Assembly (NCBI RefSeq): GCF_000195955.2
Contig: NC_000962.3
Span: 1,440,001-1,472,000 of the forward strand
Source of the DNA: Mycobacterium tuberculosis H37Rv
Lineage (GTDB): Bacteria > Actinomycetota > Actinomycetes > Mycobacteriales > Mycobacteriaceae
DNA: 32,000 nt
Direction of reading: 5' to 3'
The notes under the pieces were generated by a model that worked only from the letters and a program-made list of their open reading frames with translations, did no database searches and was not told the DNA's origin. Positions 1 to 9,374 of this stretch are shown piece by piece (the first letter of the stretch is position 1; each line of letters begins with the position of its first letter). The position numbers and the translations under genes were made by a program.

Positions 1-1
1 A

Positions 2-751
2 ACGGCGTTGAAACTCAACGAACTGGGCCGTGTTTCGCTGCGCACCCAGGTGCCGTTGCTGCTTGACGAGTACACCCGCAACGCTAGCACCGGCTCGTTC
101 ATCCTCATTGACCCCGACACCAACGGAACGGTGGCGGCGGGCATGGTGTTACGCGACGTCTCGGCCCGCACGCCTAGCCCGAACACGGTGCGGCACAGAT
201 CGCTCGTCACTGCGCAAGATCGGCCGCCCAGGGGCAAGACGGTGTGGTTTACCGGACTGTCCGGCTCCGGCAAGTCGTCGGTGGCCATGCTGGTTGAGCG
301 GAAGCTACTCGAAAAGGGCATCTCCGCTTACGTTCTGGACGGCGACAACCTACGGCATGGCCTCAACGCCGACCTGGGCTTTTCCATGGCCGACCGCGCG
401 GAGAACCTGCGCCGGCTGTCGCATGTGGCCACACTGCTCGCCGATTGTGGCCACCTGGTGCTGGTGCCCGCGATCAGCCCCCTTGCTGAGCACCGTGCCC
501 TGGCTCGTAAAGTGCACGCTGATGCGGGAATCGACTTTTTCGAGGTGTTCTGTGACACCCCGCTGCAGGACTGTGAGAGGCGTGATCCCAAAGGGTTGTA
601 CGCCAAAGCGCGTGCGGGTGAGATCACGCACTTCACCGGGATCGACAGCCCATATCAGCGGCCCAAGAACCCAGACCTACGGCTTACGCCGGATCGCAGC
701 ATAGACGAGCAGGCGCAGGAGGTTATCGACCTGTTGGAGTCATCGTCTTAG
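2..751 (+). CDS. cysN: 3' part of bifunctional sulfate adenylyltransferase subunit 1 / adenylylsulfate kinase (CysN with C-terminal CysC domain), 5' truncated by window edge
   Basis: Frame open from the window edge to the stop at 751. Walker A motif GLSGSGKSS; APS kinase motifs DGDNLRHGL, FCDTPLQDCERRDPKGLYAKAR and FTGIDSPYQRP. Confidence 0.93.
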   Translation, partial: TALKLNELGRVSLRTQVPLLLDEYTRNASTGSFILIDPDTNGTVAAGMVLRDVSARTPSPNTVRHRSLVTAQDRPPRGKTVWFTGLSGSGKSSVAMLVERKLLEKGISAYVLDGDNLRHGLNADLGFSMADRAENLRRLSHVATLLADCGHLVLVPAISPLAEHRALARKVHADAGIDFFEVFCDTPLQDCERRDPKGLYAKARAGEITHFTGIDSPYQRPKNPDLRLTPDRSIDEQAQEVIDLLESSS

Positions 752-804
752 GCCGGCCTGGTTGCTCTGCTGTCCCTGGCAAGCGGGTGGCACAATCCTG
801 AAGC

Positions 805-1290
805 ATGCGGATGTCAGCTAAGGCGGAGTACGCGGTGCGGGCGATGGTCCAGCTCGCCACGGCCGCCAGTGGCACCGTGGTCAAGACCGACGATCTGGCT
901 GCGGCCCAAGGCATACCACCGCAGTTTCTCGTCGATATCCTGACCAACCTGCGCACCGACCGCCTGGTGCGAAGCCACCGCGGTCGCGAGGGTGGTTATG
1001 AATTGGCGCGTCCGGGCACCGAGATCAGCATCGCCGACGTATTGCGCTGCATCGACGGACCGCTGGCTAGTGTCCGCGATATCGGACTTGGCGACCTGCC
1101 CTACTCGGGCCCCACTACCGCGCTGACCGACGTTTGGCGCGCGCTGCGCGCCAGTATGCGGTCGGTGCTGGAGGAGACCACGCTGGCTGACGTTGCCGGT
1201 GGCGCGCTGCCCGAGCACGTCGCCCAGCTCGCCGACGACTATCGCGCGCAGGAGAGCACGCGGCACGGCGCCTCGCGCCATGGTGACTAG
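805..1290 (+). CDS. Rrf2/IscR-family transcriptional regulator (Rv1287-like)
   Basis: 161 aa [21 protein letters not shown]...[10 protein letters not shown]...[12 protein letters not shown], typical of Rrf2-family winged-helix proteins. Only one Cys, so the canonical three-Cys FeS ligand set is absent. Confidence 0.88.
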
Positions 1291-1347
1291 CCGCCAGAGC
1301 CATCGGCAGGGCCTGCCTGAGCCAGGTGCAACCGAAGGAGTCAACGA

Positions 1348-2718
1348 ATGGTCAGCACACATGCGGTTGTCGCGGGGGAGACGCTGTCGGCGTTGGCGTT
1401 GCGCTTCTATGGCGACGCGGAACTGTATCGGCTGATCGCCGCCGCCAGCGGGATCGCCGATCCCGACGTCGTCAATGTGGGGCAGCGGCTGATTATGCCT
1501 GACTTCACGCGATACACCGTTGTTGCCGGGGACACGCTGTCGGCGTTGGCGTTGCGCTTCTATGGCGACGCGGAATTGAATTGGCTGATCGCCGCCGCCA
1601 GCGGGATCGCCGATCCCGACGTCGTCAATGTGGGGCAGCGGCTGATTATGCCTGACTTCACGCGATACACCGTTGTTGCCGGGGACACGCTGTCGGCATT
1701 GGCTGCGCGCTTCTATGGCGACGCCTCCCTATATCCGCTTATCGCCGCCGTCAATGGCATCGCCGATCCTGGCGTCATCGACGTCGGGCAGGTACTGGTC
1801 ATATTCATCGGGCGTAGCGACGGGTTCGGCCTAAGGATCGTGGACCGCAACGAGAACGATCCCCGCCTGTGGTACTACCGGTTCCAGACCTCCGCGATCG
1901 GCTGGAACCCCGGAGTCAACGTCCTGCTTCCCGATGACTACCGCACCAGCGGACGCACCTATCCCGTCCTCTACCTGTTCCACGGCGGCGGCACCGACCA
2001 GGATTTCCGCACGTTCGACTTTCTGGGCATCCGCGACCTGACCGCCGGAAAGCCGATCATCATCGTGATGCCCGACGGCGGGCACGCGGGCTGGTATTCC
2101 AACCCGGTCAGCTCGTTCGTCGGCCCACGGAACTGGGAGACATTCCACATCGCCCAGCTGCTCCCCTGGATCGAGGCGAACTTCCGAACCTACGCCGAAT
2201 ACGACGGCCGCGCGGTCGCCGGGTTTTCGATGGGTGGCTTCGGCGCGCTGAAGTACGCAGCAAAGTACTACGGCCACTTCGCGTCGGCGAGCAGCCACTC
2301 CGGACCGGCAAGTCTGCGCCGCGACTTCGGCCTGGTAGTGCATTGGGCAAACCTGTCCTCGGCGGTGCTGGATCTAGGCGGCGGCACGGTTTACGGCGCG
2401 CCGCTCTGGGACCAAGCTAGGGTCAGCGCCGACAACCCGGTCGAGCGTATCGACAGCTACCGCAACAAGCGGATCTTCCTGGTCGCCGGCACCAGTCCGG
2501 ACCCGGCCAACTGGTTCGACAGCGTGAACGAGACCCAGGTGCTAGCCGGGCAGAGGGAGTTCCGCGAACGCCTCAGCAACGCCGGCATCCCGCATGAATC
2601 GCACGAGGTGCCTGGCGGTCACGTCTTCCGGCCCGACATGTTCCGTCTCGACCTCGACGGCATCGTCGCCCGGCTGCGCCCCGCGAGCATCGGGGCGGCC
2701 GCAGAACGCGCCGATTAG
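1348..2718 (+). CDS. Protein with three N-terminal LysM domains and a C-terminal esterase (esterase D/antigen 85-like alpha/beta hydrolase), Rv1288-like
   Basis: 456 aa ORF. Three VVAG(E/D)TLSALA.RFYGDA... LysM units, then YPVLYLFHGGG, the nucleophile motif GFSMGGFGALKYA, and a C-terminal PGGHVF. Confidence 0.92.
   Translation: MVSTHAVVAGETLSALALRFYGDAELYRLIAAASGIADPDVVNVGQRLIMPDFTRYTVVAGDTLSALALRFYGDAELNWLIAAASGIADPDVVNVGQRLIMPDFTRYTVVAGDTLSALAARFYGDASLYPLIAAVNGIADPGVIDVGQVLVIFIGRSDGFGLRIVDRNENDPRLWYYRFQTSAIGWNPGVNVLLPDDYRTSGRTYPVLYLFHGGGTDQDFRTFDFLGIRDLTAGKPIIIVMPDGGHAGWYSNPVSSFVGPRNWETFHIAQLLPWIEANFRTYAEYDGRAVAGFSMGGFGALKYAAKYYGHFASASSHSGPASLRRDFGLVVHWANLSSAVLDLGGGTVYGAPLWDQARVSADNPVERIDSYRNKRIFLVAGTSPDPANWFDSVNETQVLAGQREFRERLSNAGIPHESHEVPGGHVFRPDMFRLDLDGIVARLRPASIGAAAERAD
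1381..1686 (+). repeat. Direct tandem duplication of a 153-bp LysM-encoding unit (1381-1533 and 1534-1686), followed by a diverged third unit
   Basis: Direct comparison gives 150/153 identical bases; the differences are confined to aactgtatcgg versus aattgaattgg. The third unit begins at 1687. Confidence 0.95.
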
Positions 2719-2766
2719 CCGCACCACGTATACCCCGCGGGCAGGTGGCCGCTGGCCGATAGCCTC

Positions 2767-3399
2767 ATGTGTGTGAGCGTGGGCGAGTCAGTTGCGCAGT
2801 CGCTGCAACAGTGGGATCGCAAGCTGTGGGACGTGGCGATGCTCCACGCGTGCAACGCCGTCGACGAGACCGGCAGGAAGCGCTATCCCACGCTGGGCGT
2901 CGGCACTCGATTCCGGACGGCGCTACGGGATTCACTCGACATTTACGGAGTGATGGCCACGCCTGGCGTCGACCTGGAAAAGACTCGCTTCCCTGTCGGG
3001 GTGAGATCGGACTTGCTGCCGGATAAGCGCCCCGACATCGCCGACGTCCTGTATGGAATTCACCGGTGGTTGCACGGTCATGCTGACGAATCCTCGGTTG
3101 AATTCGAAGTAAGCCCGTACGTGAACGCCAGTGCCGCACTCCGCATTGCCAATGACGGCAAAATTCAGCTGCCAAAGTCCGCAATACTGGGTTTGCTGGC
3201 CGTTGCCGTGTTTGCGCCGGAGAACAAGGGCGAGGTCATTCCCCCGGACTATCAGCTCAGCTGGTATGACCACGTGTTCTTCATCAGTGTTTGGTGGGGG
3301 TGGCAAGACCATTTCCGCGAAATCGTCAACGTCGACCGGGCATCGCTGGTCGCCCTCGACTTCGGCGACCTGTGGAATGGCTGGACGCCAGTTGGGTAA
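2767..3399 (+). CDS. Hypothetical protein (Rv1289-like), no recognisable domain
   Basis: 210 aa ORF opening MCVSVGESVAQSLQQWDRKLW. Position and length match the conserved hypothetical at this locus. Confidence 0.7.
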   Translation: MCVSVGESVAQSLQQWDRKLWDVAMLHACNAVDETGRKRYPTLGVGTRFRTALRDSLDIYGVMATPGVDLEKTRFPVGVRSDLLPDKRPDIADVLYGIHRWLHGHADESSVEFEVSPYVNASAALRIANDGKIQLPKSAILGLLAVAVFAPENKGEVIPPDYQLSWYDHVFFISVWWGWQDHFREIVNVDRASLVALDFGDLWNGWTPVG

Positions 3400-3481
3400 T
3401 CCTGGTCGCTTGTCGCCCCGCCGGGCTGGGTTAGATTGCCCGGCTCCTCAACCCGCCGTTTCGGCGTGCATCGTCGCCGGG

Positions 3482-5191
3482 CTAGCCGTCTCGGTCAGCG
3501 GACCGGATCGTCGACGCCGCCGCCTGCGCGGCGGCTACCTGGCCGAACGTGGACGGCGGCGGCGCTAGAGTCCCGGGGCGCTCGACGACCTCGGTCGCCC
3601 GCGCCGCGGCACCGAGAACCATGGCCCGGTCGGATTCGTCCGCGAACTCGCGCTGTGCTGCCCGCACGACCAGGGCAATTTGGGTTTGCACCGCTACACG
3701 GCGCGACGGGTCGACGCAGTTCTGGGCGACCGCGCTGAGCAGCTGCAGCAGCGCAGTGAGCACCAGCGGCTCACGCGAGCCGTAGCGGCGGATCTGGGCA
3801 CATCCGACGTGCAGGTAGGTGGCGAAGCTGGGGTACGGCAGCCAGAAGAGGAGCTCCCCGGCGCGGTCGCGGCGCACGTCGTCCGGCAGCGCCCGCGATG
3901 CCAGCACCGACTCCACGGCCGAAAGATGGTGCACGACTTGGATCGCCGTGTACGGGTCGTTGAGTGCGGGCGATAGTGCCCGCAGCGCGATATCCACCAT
4001 CTGCCGCAATCCGAAGCGGATGTCCTGCTGCAGGGTGCGCTCGAATCCGATGTGCACATGACGTAAGCAGCGTTGCGGGAAGTCAGACCCTGGCGCGCCC
4101 GGCGCGGTGCCCCTGCGCCAGCACCAGCCGAGCAGGCCCCCGGCGGTGACGTAATCGCCGACGAAGGTAACCAGCAGCGCCGTATACCGGCTGGCTGCCG
4201 CCAATTCGGCGATGTCGTCGACGTCGACGGTTTGTAGGTAACCCGAGTGCGGGGCCAACAGCGGCACCGCATCAGCCGGGGGGCTGGGCGGTGTCTCTAC
4301 TTGTCGATCCGCCGTATCCGATTCCGGATACAACTGGTCAACCAGCCCCAGCGTGCGCAGCCGCACCTTGTCCATGATCGTGTCTATCTGGATCGAGTGC
4401 ATGAGGTGGTGCAGGAAGTAGATCAGCGCGGCGATGCTGACGAATGCCAGCGCGAGTGACCCGGTGACCGCGACTTTGGGAATGAACGCCCCGCCGTCGC
4501 GGTGCTCCCCGACGGTGTGTAGCCCACCGGTGCTGTAGGCGAAGGTGCAGGCAAAGATCGCCAGCACCACCTGGTTGGGCACATCGCGCAGGAAGGTTCG
4601 TAGCAACCGCACCGAGAACTGGCTGGAGGCGATCTGTAGGGACAGCACCGTCAGCGAGAAGACGATGCCGATGGTGGTGATCATCGTGGCCGACACCACG
4701 ATCAGCACGCCTCGGGCGTCGCCTGGGGTGCCCTGAAACATCAGCTTGTCGATCAGCGTGCCGGATTTCACGGGAATCATCGACAGGACCGCTCCCGACC
4801 CCAGACCGATCGCAACGCCGAATGTCGGCAGCACCCAGACTGCGCCCTGTAAGTAATCCAGTATGGCTTTGCGACGGTTGAGCATGCTGGTTGCGGTCAC
4901 CGAATAAGCATGCACCCATCCGCGAGCACTAGGCGGAACTACGTAACACTTCGATGCGGCAGTAGAAGCATTTTTCCGCTCTCGCTTCGCCGAGCGTGCA
5001 CTCATGGCGAGTTTCCGGCCGTTAACCCCAAGTGATCGCTGCAACACTTGGCCAGAGGTGTTGGCGCTGCATGGGTTATCAGAAGGGGTTTCGGGGTCGG
5101 GGGGATCGGGTGGCCGATGGGGTGCAGGGGAAGTTCTGGAAGGCGCTCGAATCGGGGTTATCGCCGACGGTGTGTCCTGCTTTCCTACCAA
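3482..5191 (-). CDS. DUF2254-type predicted membrane protein (Rv1290c-like); start uncertain, probably a GTG near 5047
   Basis: Long minus-strand ORF (569 aa maximum) with N-terminal hydrophobic segments such as GVLIVVSATMITTIGIVFSLTVLSLQIASSQFS and RALSPALNDPYTAIQ, typical of DUF2254. The first ~48 residues are proline-rich and may not be translated. Confidence 0.82.
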   Translation of the reverse strand: MVGKQDTPSAITPIRAPSRTSPAPHRPPDPPDPETPSDNPCSANTSGQVLQRSLGVNGRKLAMSARSAKRERKNASTAASKCYVVPPSARGWVHAYSVTATSMLNRRKAILDYLQGAVWVLPTFGVAIGLGSGAVLSMIPVKSGTLIDKLMFQGTPGDARGVLIVVSATMITTIGIVFSLTVLSLQIASSQFSVRLLRTFLRDVPNQVVLAIFACTFAYSTGGLHTVGEHRDGGAFIPKVAVTGSLALAFVSIAALIYFLHHLMHSIQIDTIMDKVRLRTLGLVDQLYPESDTADRQVETPPSPPADAVPLLAPHSGYLQTVDVDDIAELAAASRYTALLVTFVGDYVTAGGLLGWCWRRGTAPGAPGSDFPQRCLRHVHIGFERTLQQDIRFGLRQMVDIALRALSPALNDPYTAIQVVHHLSAVESVLASRALPDDVRRDRAGELLFWLPYPSFATYLHVGCAQIRRYGSREPLVLTALLQLLSAVAQNCVDPSRRVAVQTQIALVVRAAQREFADESDRAMVLGAAARATEVVERPGTLAPPPSTFGQVAAAQAAASTIRSADRDG

Positions 5192-5419
5192 GGCCGACTG
5201 CAGGCGGATCCGTGGCGTGCCGGTGTTCGACGGCTATACGCGGATGGTCGCCCGGCTGATGGGATCGCTCGCCGTGTTGCGGTCGGTGAGCATTCCAAAG
5301 GGCTACCGGGACTTCGGCTTTGGCAGTCTACGTGCGGTGGCGCCGAAAAACTGCCCGGACGTGAGTGGCTGAGGCGGCCCAATTTCGGACTAGGATTTCT
5401 GGCCGCTGGAAGTCACTGA
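5032..5419 (+). pseudogene. Possible decayed transposase N-terminal/HTH remnant spread over frames
   Basis: ...ADGVQGKFWKALESGLSPT in one frame and ADCRRIRGVPVFDGYTRMVARLMG in another resemble N-termini of mycobacterial IS30/HTH-type transposases. Recognised by eye only. Confidence 0.25.
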
Positions 5420-5453
5420 TGACACCGTACGTCACCCTTGATCGACAAGTGCG

Positions 5454-5484
5454 GATGTGGGGACCCGTCCGGGGTCCCCACATC
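5454..5484. terminator. Perfect 13-bp-stem / 5-nt-loop hairpin, candidate intrinsic (U-less) terminator downstream of the minus-strand DUF732 gene
   Basis: GATGTGGGGACCC-gtccg-GGGTCCCCACATC, perfectly self-complementary, 15 nt past the minus-strand stop boundary at 5499. No T tract. Confidence 0.7.
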
Positions 5485-5498
5485 GTGGTGGTCGCTGT

Positions 5499-5834
5499 TT
5501 AGCTCGAGGTCACGTACTGCGGGCAGTAGGCCGACGCGGCGTCAACGGCGAACGTCTTGGCGCCCTTGGCGCTCAGACCGGTCGCCTTGGCCACCGCCTT
5601 GATGACCGCTTTGGCCGAGTGACCCTCGTCGAGGGCGTCGCAGACGGCGTGCGCGTCCTTGATGGCGCGCGCTGCGCTCGGCGGAGTGATCCCGTCCGCC
5701 TGCAGCTGCGCGAGGAACGCTTCGTCGGTCGAGCTTGCGCTGGCGGTCCCGGCGAAGCCGAGTGCGGCCAGGCCCAAAGTAGCGGCAGTCAAGGTGGTGC
5801 CAACCATGGAGGCGGCGAAACGGCGAGTGAACAT
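5499..5834 (-). CDS. Small secreted DUF732 family protein (Rv1291c-like)
   Basis: 111 aa [34 protein letters not shown] (signal peptide), then [37 protein letters not shown]...YCPQY, a DUF732 pattern with paired Cys. Confidence 0.86.
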
Positions 5835-6192
5835 TGATGATCTCCTTGTGCTGATGTCATCGGAGGTTGCGCTGGTTTGCGTGCCCTCAGAATCAGCACC
5901 GGGCCTTGACAGATTCTCAATAAATCCTTGGCAATATCGATACCGGTTCGACGGTGTCCCGACAGTGCAAGGAGAACGGTCCGCCATGGCTGTGCCGGAG
6001 CGCGTCAGGCGAATGAGACAACACGGAACGTGCACTCGGCGCACCGGGTCGCCAGCAACGCGGCACGCGGGGCGCCCTGGTTCTTACCCCGACGAATTTG
6101 AGAGCGAGACCACGAAGCCAACTATGCGGCCGCCCTCGCGGGTGGCGCCGATCACATTGTTGTAGCCATGCGTGAGGCTAGATCAACCCTTG

Positions 6193-6265
6193 TGCCCCCG
6201 GCAGGATTCGAACCTGCGGCCTTCTGCTCCGGAGGCAGACGCTCTATCCCCTGAGCTACGGGGGC
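6193..6265 (-). tRNA. tRNA-Arg, anticodon CCG
   Basis: Minus strand reads GCCCCCG TA GCTC AGGGGATA GAGC G TCTGC CTCCGGA GCAGA AGGCC GCAGG TTCGAAT CCTGC CGGGGGC A. Complete cloverleaf with anticodon loop CTCCGGA. CCA is not encoded. Confidence 0.97.
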
Positions 6266-6378
6266 GCACGACGACACGTTGCGCCATGGGGCCCCGCCAG
6301 AGTAGCGCATCGCGGCTACCCACTGACCACCGCAACGGATTCGAAGCCCAACCACCTCAGCCCATAGGATGGACGTTC

Positions 6379-8031
6379 GTGACCCCCGCTGACCTGGCTG
6401 AGCTGCTCAAAGCGACCGCGGCCGCGGTGCTGGCCGAGCGCGGCCTCGATGCCTCCGCGTTGCCGCAGATGGTCACGGTGGAACGCCCGCGCATTCCCGA
6501 GCACGGCGACTATGCCAGTAACCTGGCGATGCAGCTCGCCAAGAAAGTCGGCACCAACCCGCGTGAGCTGGCCGGATGGCTTGCCGAGGCACTGACAAAG
6601 GTCGACGGTATCGCCTCGGCGGAGGTGGCCGGGCCGGGCTTTATCAACATGCGGCTGGAAACCGCCGCCCAGGCTAAAGTCGTTACCAGCGTTATCGACG
6701 CCGGCCACAGCTACGGTCACTCGCTGCTGCTGGCCGGGCGCAAGGTCAACCTGGAATTCGTCTCCGCCAACCCCACCGGACCGATCCACATCGGCGGTAC
6801 CCGTTGGGCCGCGGTCGGTGACGCGCTGGGCCGTTTGCTCACCACCCAGGGCGCCGACGTGGTCCGCGAATACTATTTCAACGACCACGGCGCCCAGATC
6901 GACCGATTCGCCAACTCCCTGATCGCCGCGGCCAAGGGCGAACCCACGCCCCAAGACGGCTACGCGGGCAGCTACATCACCAACATCGCCGAGCAGGTGC
7001 TGCAGAAGGCGCCTGACGCGCTGAGTCTGCCAGACGCAGAGTTGCGCGAGACCTTCCGCGCAATCGGCGTCGACTTGATGTTCGACCACATCAAACAGTC
7101 TCTGCACGAGTTCGGTACCGACTTCGACGTCTACACCCACGAAGACTCGATGCACACCGGCGGCCGGGTCGAGAACGCCATCGCCCGACTCCGCGAAACC
7201 GGCAACATCTACGAGAAGGACGGCGCAACCTGGTTGCGCACCAGCGCATTTGGTGACGACAAGGACCGCGTCGTGATCAAGAGCGACGGCAAACCGGCAT
7301 ATATCGCCGGTGATCTCGCCTACTACTTGGACAAACGCCAACGCGGTTTTGACTTGTGCATCTACATGCTCGGCGCCGACCATCACGGCTACATCGCCCG
7401 GCTAAAGGCCGCGGCCGCCGCCTTCGGTGACGACCCGGCCACCGTCGAGGTGCTCATTGGGCAGATGGTGAACCTGGTCCGCGACGGCCAACCGGTCCGG
7501 ATGAGCAAACGTGCAGGCACCGTGCTCACCCTCGACGACCTGGTCGAGGCGATCGGCGTGGACGCCGCACGTTACAGCCTGATCCGCTCCTCGGTGGACA
7601 CCGCGATCGACATCGACCTGGCGCTATGGTCCTCGGCGTCGAACGAAAACCCGGTCTATTACGTGCAATACGCGCATGCCCGGCTCTCAGCGCTGGCTCG
7701 CAACGCCGCCGAACTCGCCCTGATCCCGGATACAAACCACCTCGAACTGCTTAACCACGACAAGGAGGGCACGCTGCTGCGCACCCTCGGCGAATTCCCG
7801 AGGGTGCTCGAGACCGCGGCCTCCCTGCGGGAACCGCACCGGGTCTGCCGCTACCTGGAAGACCTGGCCGGCGACTATCACCGGTTCTACGACTCGTGCC
7901 GAGTGTTGCCGCAAGGCGACGAGCAGCCCACCGACCTGCACACCGCGCGCCTAGCGTTGTGCCAGGCCACCCGTCAGGTCATCGCCAACGGGCTGGCGAT
8001 CATCGGCGTCACCGCACCGGAGCGAATGTGA
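6379..8031 (+). CDS. argS: Arginyl-tRNA synthetase
   Basis: GTG start giving 550 aa [11 protein letters not shown]... Motifs [24 protein letters not shown] and [20 protein letters not shown]; C-terminal anticodon-binding domain ending GVTAPERM. Confidence 0.96.
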
Positions 8032-9371
8032 ACGAGCTGCTGCACTTAGCGCCGAATGTGTGGCCGCGCAATACTACTCGCGATGAAGTCGGTGTGGTCT
8101 GCATCGCAGGAATTCCACTGACGCAGCTCGCCCAGGAGTACGGGACCCCGCTGTTCGTCATCGACGAGGACGACTTTCGCTCGCGCTGCCGAGAAACCGC
8201 CGCGGCCTTTGGAAGTGGGGCGAACGTGCACTATGCCGCCAAGGCGTTCCTGTGCAGCGAAGTAGCCCGGTGGATCAGCGAAGAAGGGCTCTGTCTGGAC
8301 GTTTGCACCGGTGGGGAGTTGGCGGTCGCGCTGCACGCTAGCTTTCCGCCCGAGCGAATTACCTTGCACGGCAACAACAAATCGGTCTCAGAGTTGACCG
8401 CTGCGGTCAAAGCCGGAGTCGGCCATATTGTCGTCGATTCGATGACCGAGATCGAGCGCCTCGACGCCATCGCGGGCGAGGCCGGAATCGTCCAGGATGT
8501 CCTGGTGCGTCTCACCGTCGGTGTCGAGGCGCACACCCACGAGTTCATCTCCACCGCGCACGAGGACCAGAAATTCGGGTTATCGGTGGCCAGCGGCGCG
8601 GCCATGGCAGCGGTGCGGCGCGTTTTCGCCACTGATCACCTGCGCCTGGTTGGGCTACACAGCCACATCGGTTCGCAGATCTTCGACGTGGACGGCTTCG
8701 AACTCGCCGCGCACCGTGTCATCGGCCTGCTACGCGACGTCGTCGGCGAGTTCGGTCCCGAAAAGACGGCACAGATCGCGACCGTCGATCTCGGTGGCGG
8801 CTTGGGCATCTCGTATTTGCCGTCCGACGACCCACCGCCGATAGCCGAGCTCGCGGCCAAGCTGGGTACCATCGTGAGCGACGAGTCAACGGCCGTGGGG
8901 CTGCCGACGCCCAAGCTCGTTGTGGAGCCCGGACGCGCCATCGCCGGACCGGGCACCATCACGTTGTATGAGGTCGGCACCGTTAAGGACGTCGATGTCA
9001 GCGCCACAGCGCATCGACGTTACGTCAGTGTCGACGGCGGCATGAGCGACAACATCCGCACCGCGCTCTACGGCGCGCAGTATGACGTCCGGCTGGTGTC
9101 TCGAGTCAGCGACGCCCCGCCGGTACCGGCCCGTCTGGTCGGAAAGCACTGCGAAAGTGGCGATATCATCGTGCGGGACACCTGGGTGCCCGACGATATT
9201 CGGCCCGGCGATCTGGTTGCGGTTGCCGCCACCGGCGCTTACTGCTATTCGCTGTCGAGTCGTTACAACATGGTCGGCCGTCCCGCTGTGGTAGCGGTGC
9301 ACGCGGGCAACGCTCGCCTGGTCCTGCGTCGGGAGACGGTCGACGATTTGCTGAGTTTGGAAGTGAGGTGA
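8028..9371 (+). CDS. lysA: Diaminopimelate decarboxylase
   Basis: GTG at 8028 overlapping the argS stop (GTGA) gives 447 aa. PLP-Lys motif [28 protein letters not shown], and KHCESGDII near the C-terminus. Confidence 0.96.
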
Positions 9372-9374
9372 CCC

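Noticed and set aside
5454-5484. Hairpin as an operator or sRNA rather than a terminator
   Set aside because: Position downstream of a gene end favours termination/stability. No promoter-like sequence was seen that would support an independent sRNA.
6316-7386. 356-aa minus-strand ORF inside argS
   Set aside because: Exact antisense shadow of a well-supported synthetase gene. Long antisense frames are expected in this GC-rich codon usage; it has no recognisable domain.
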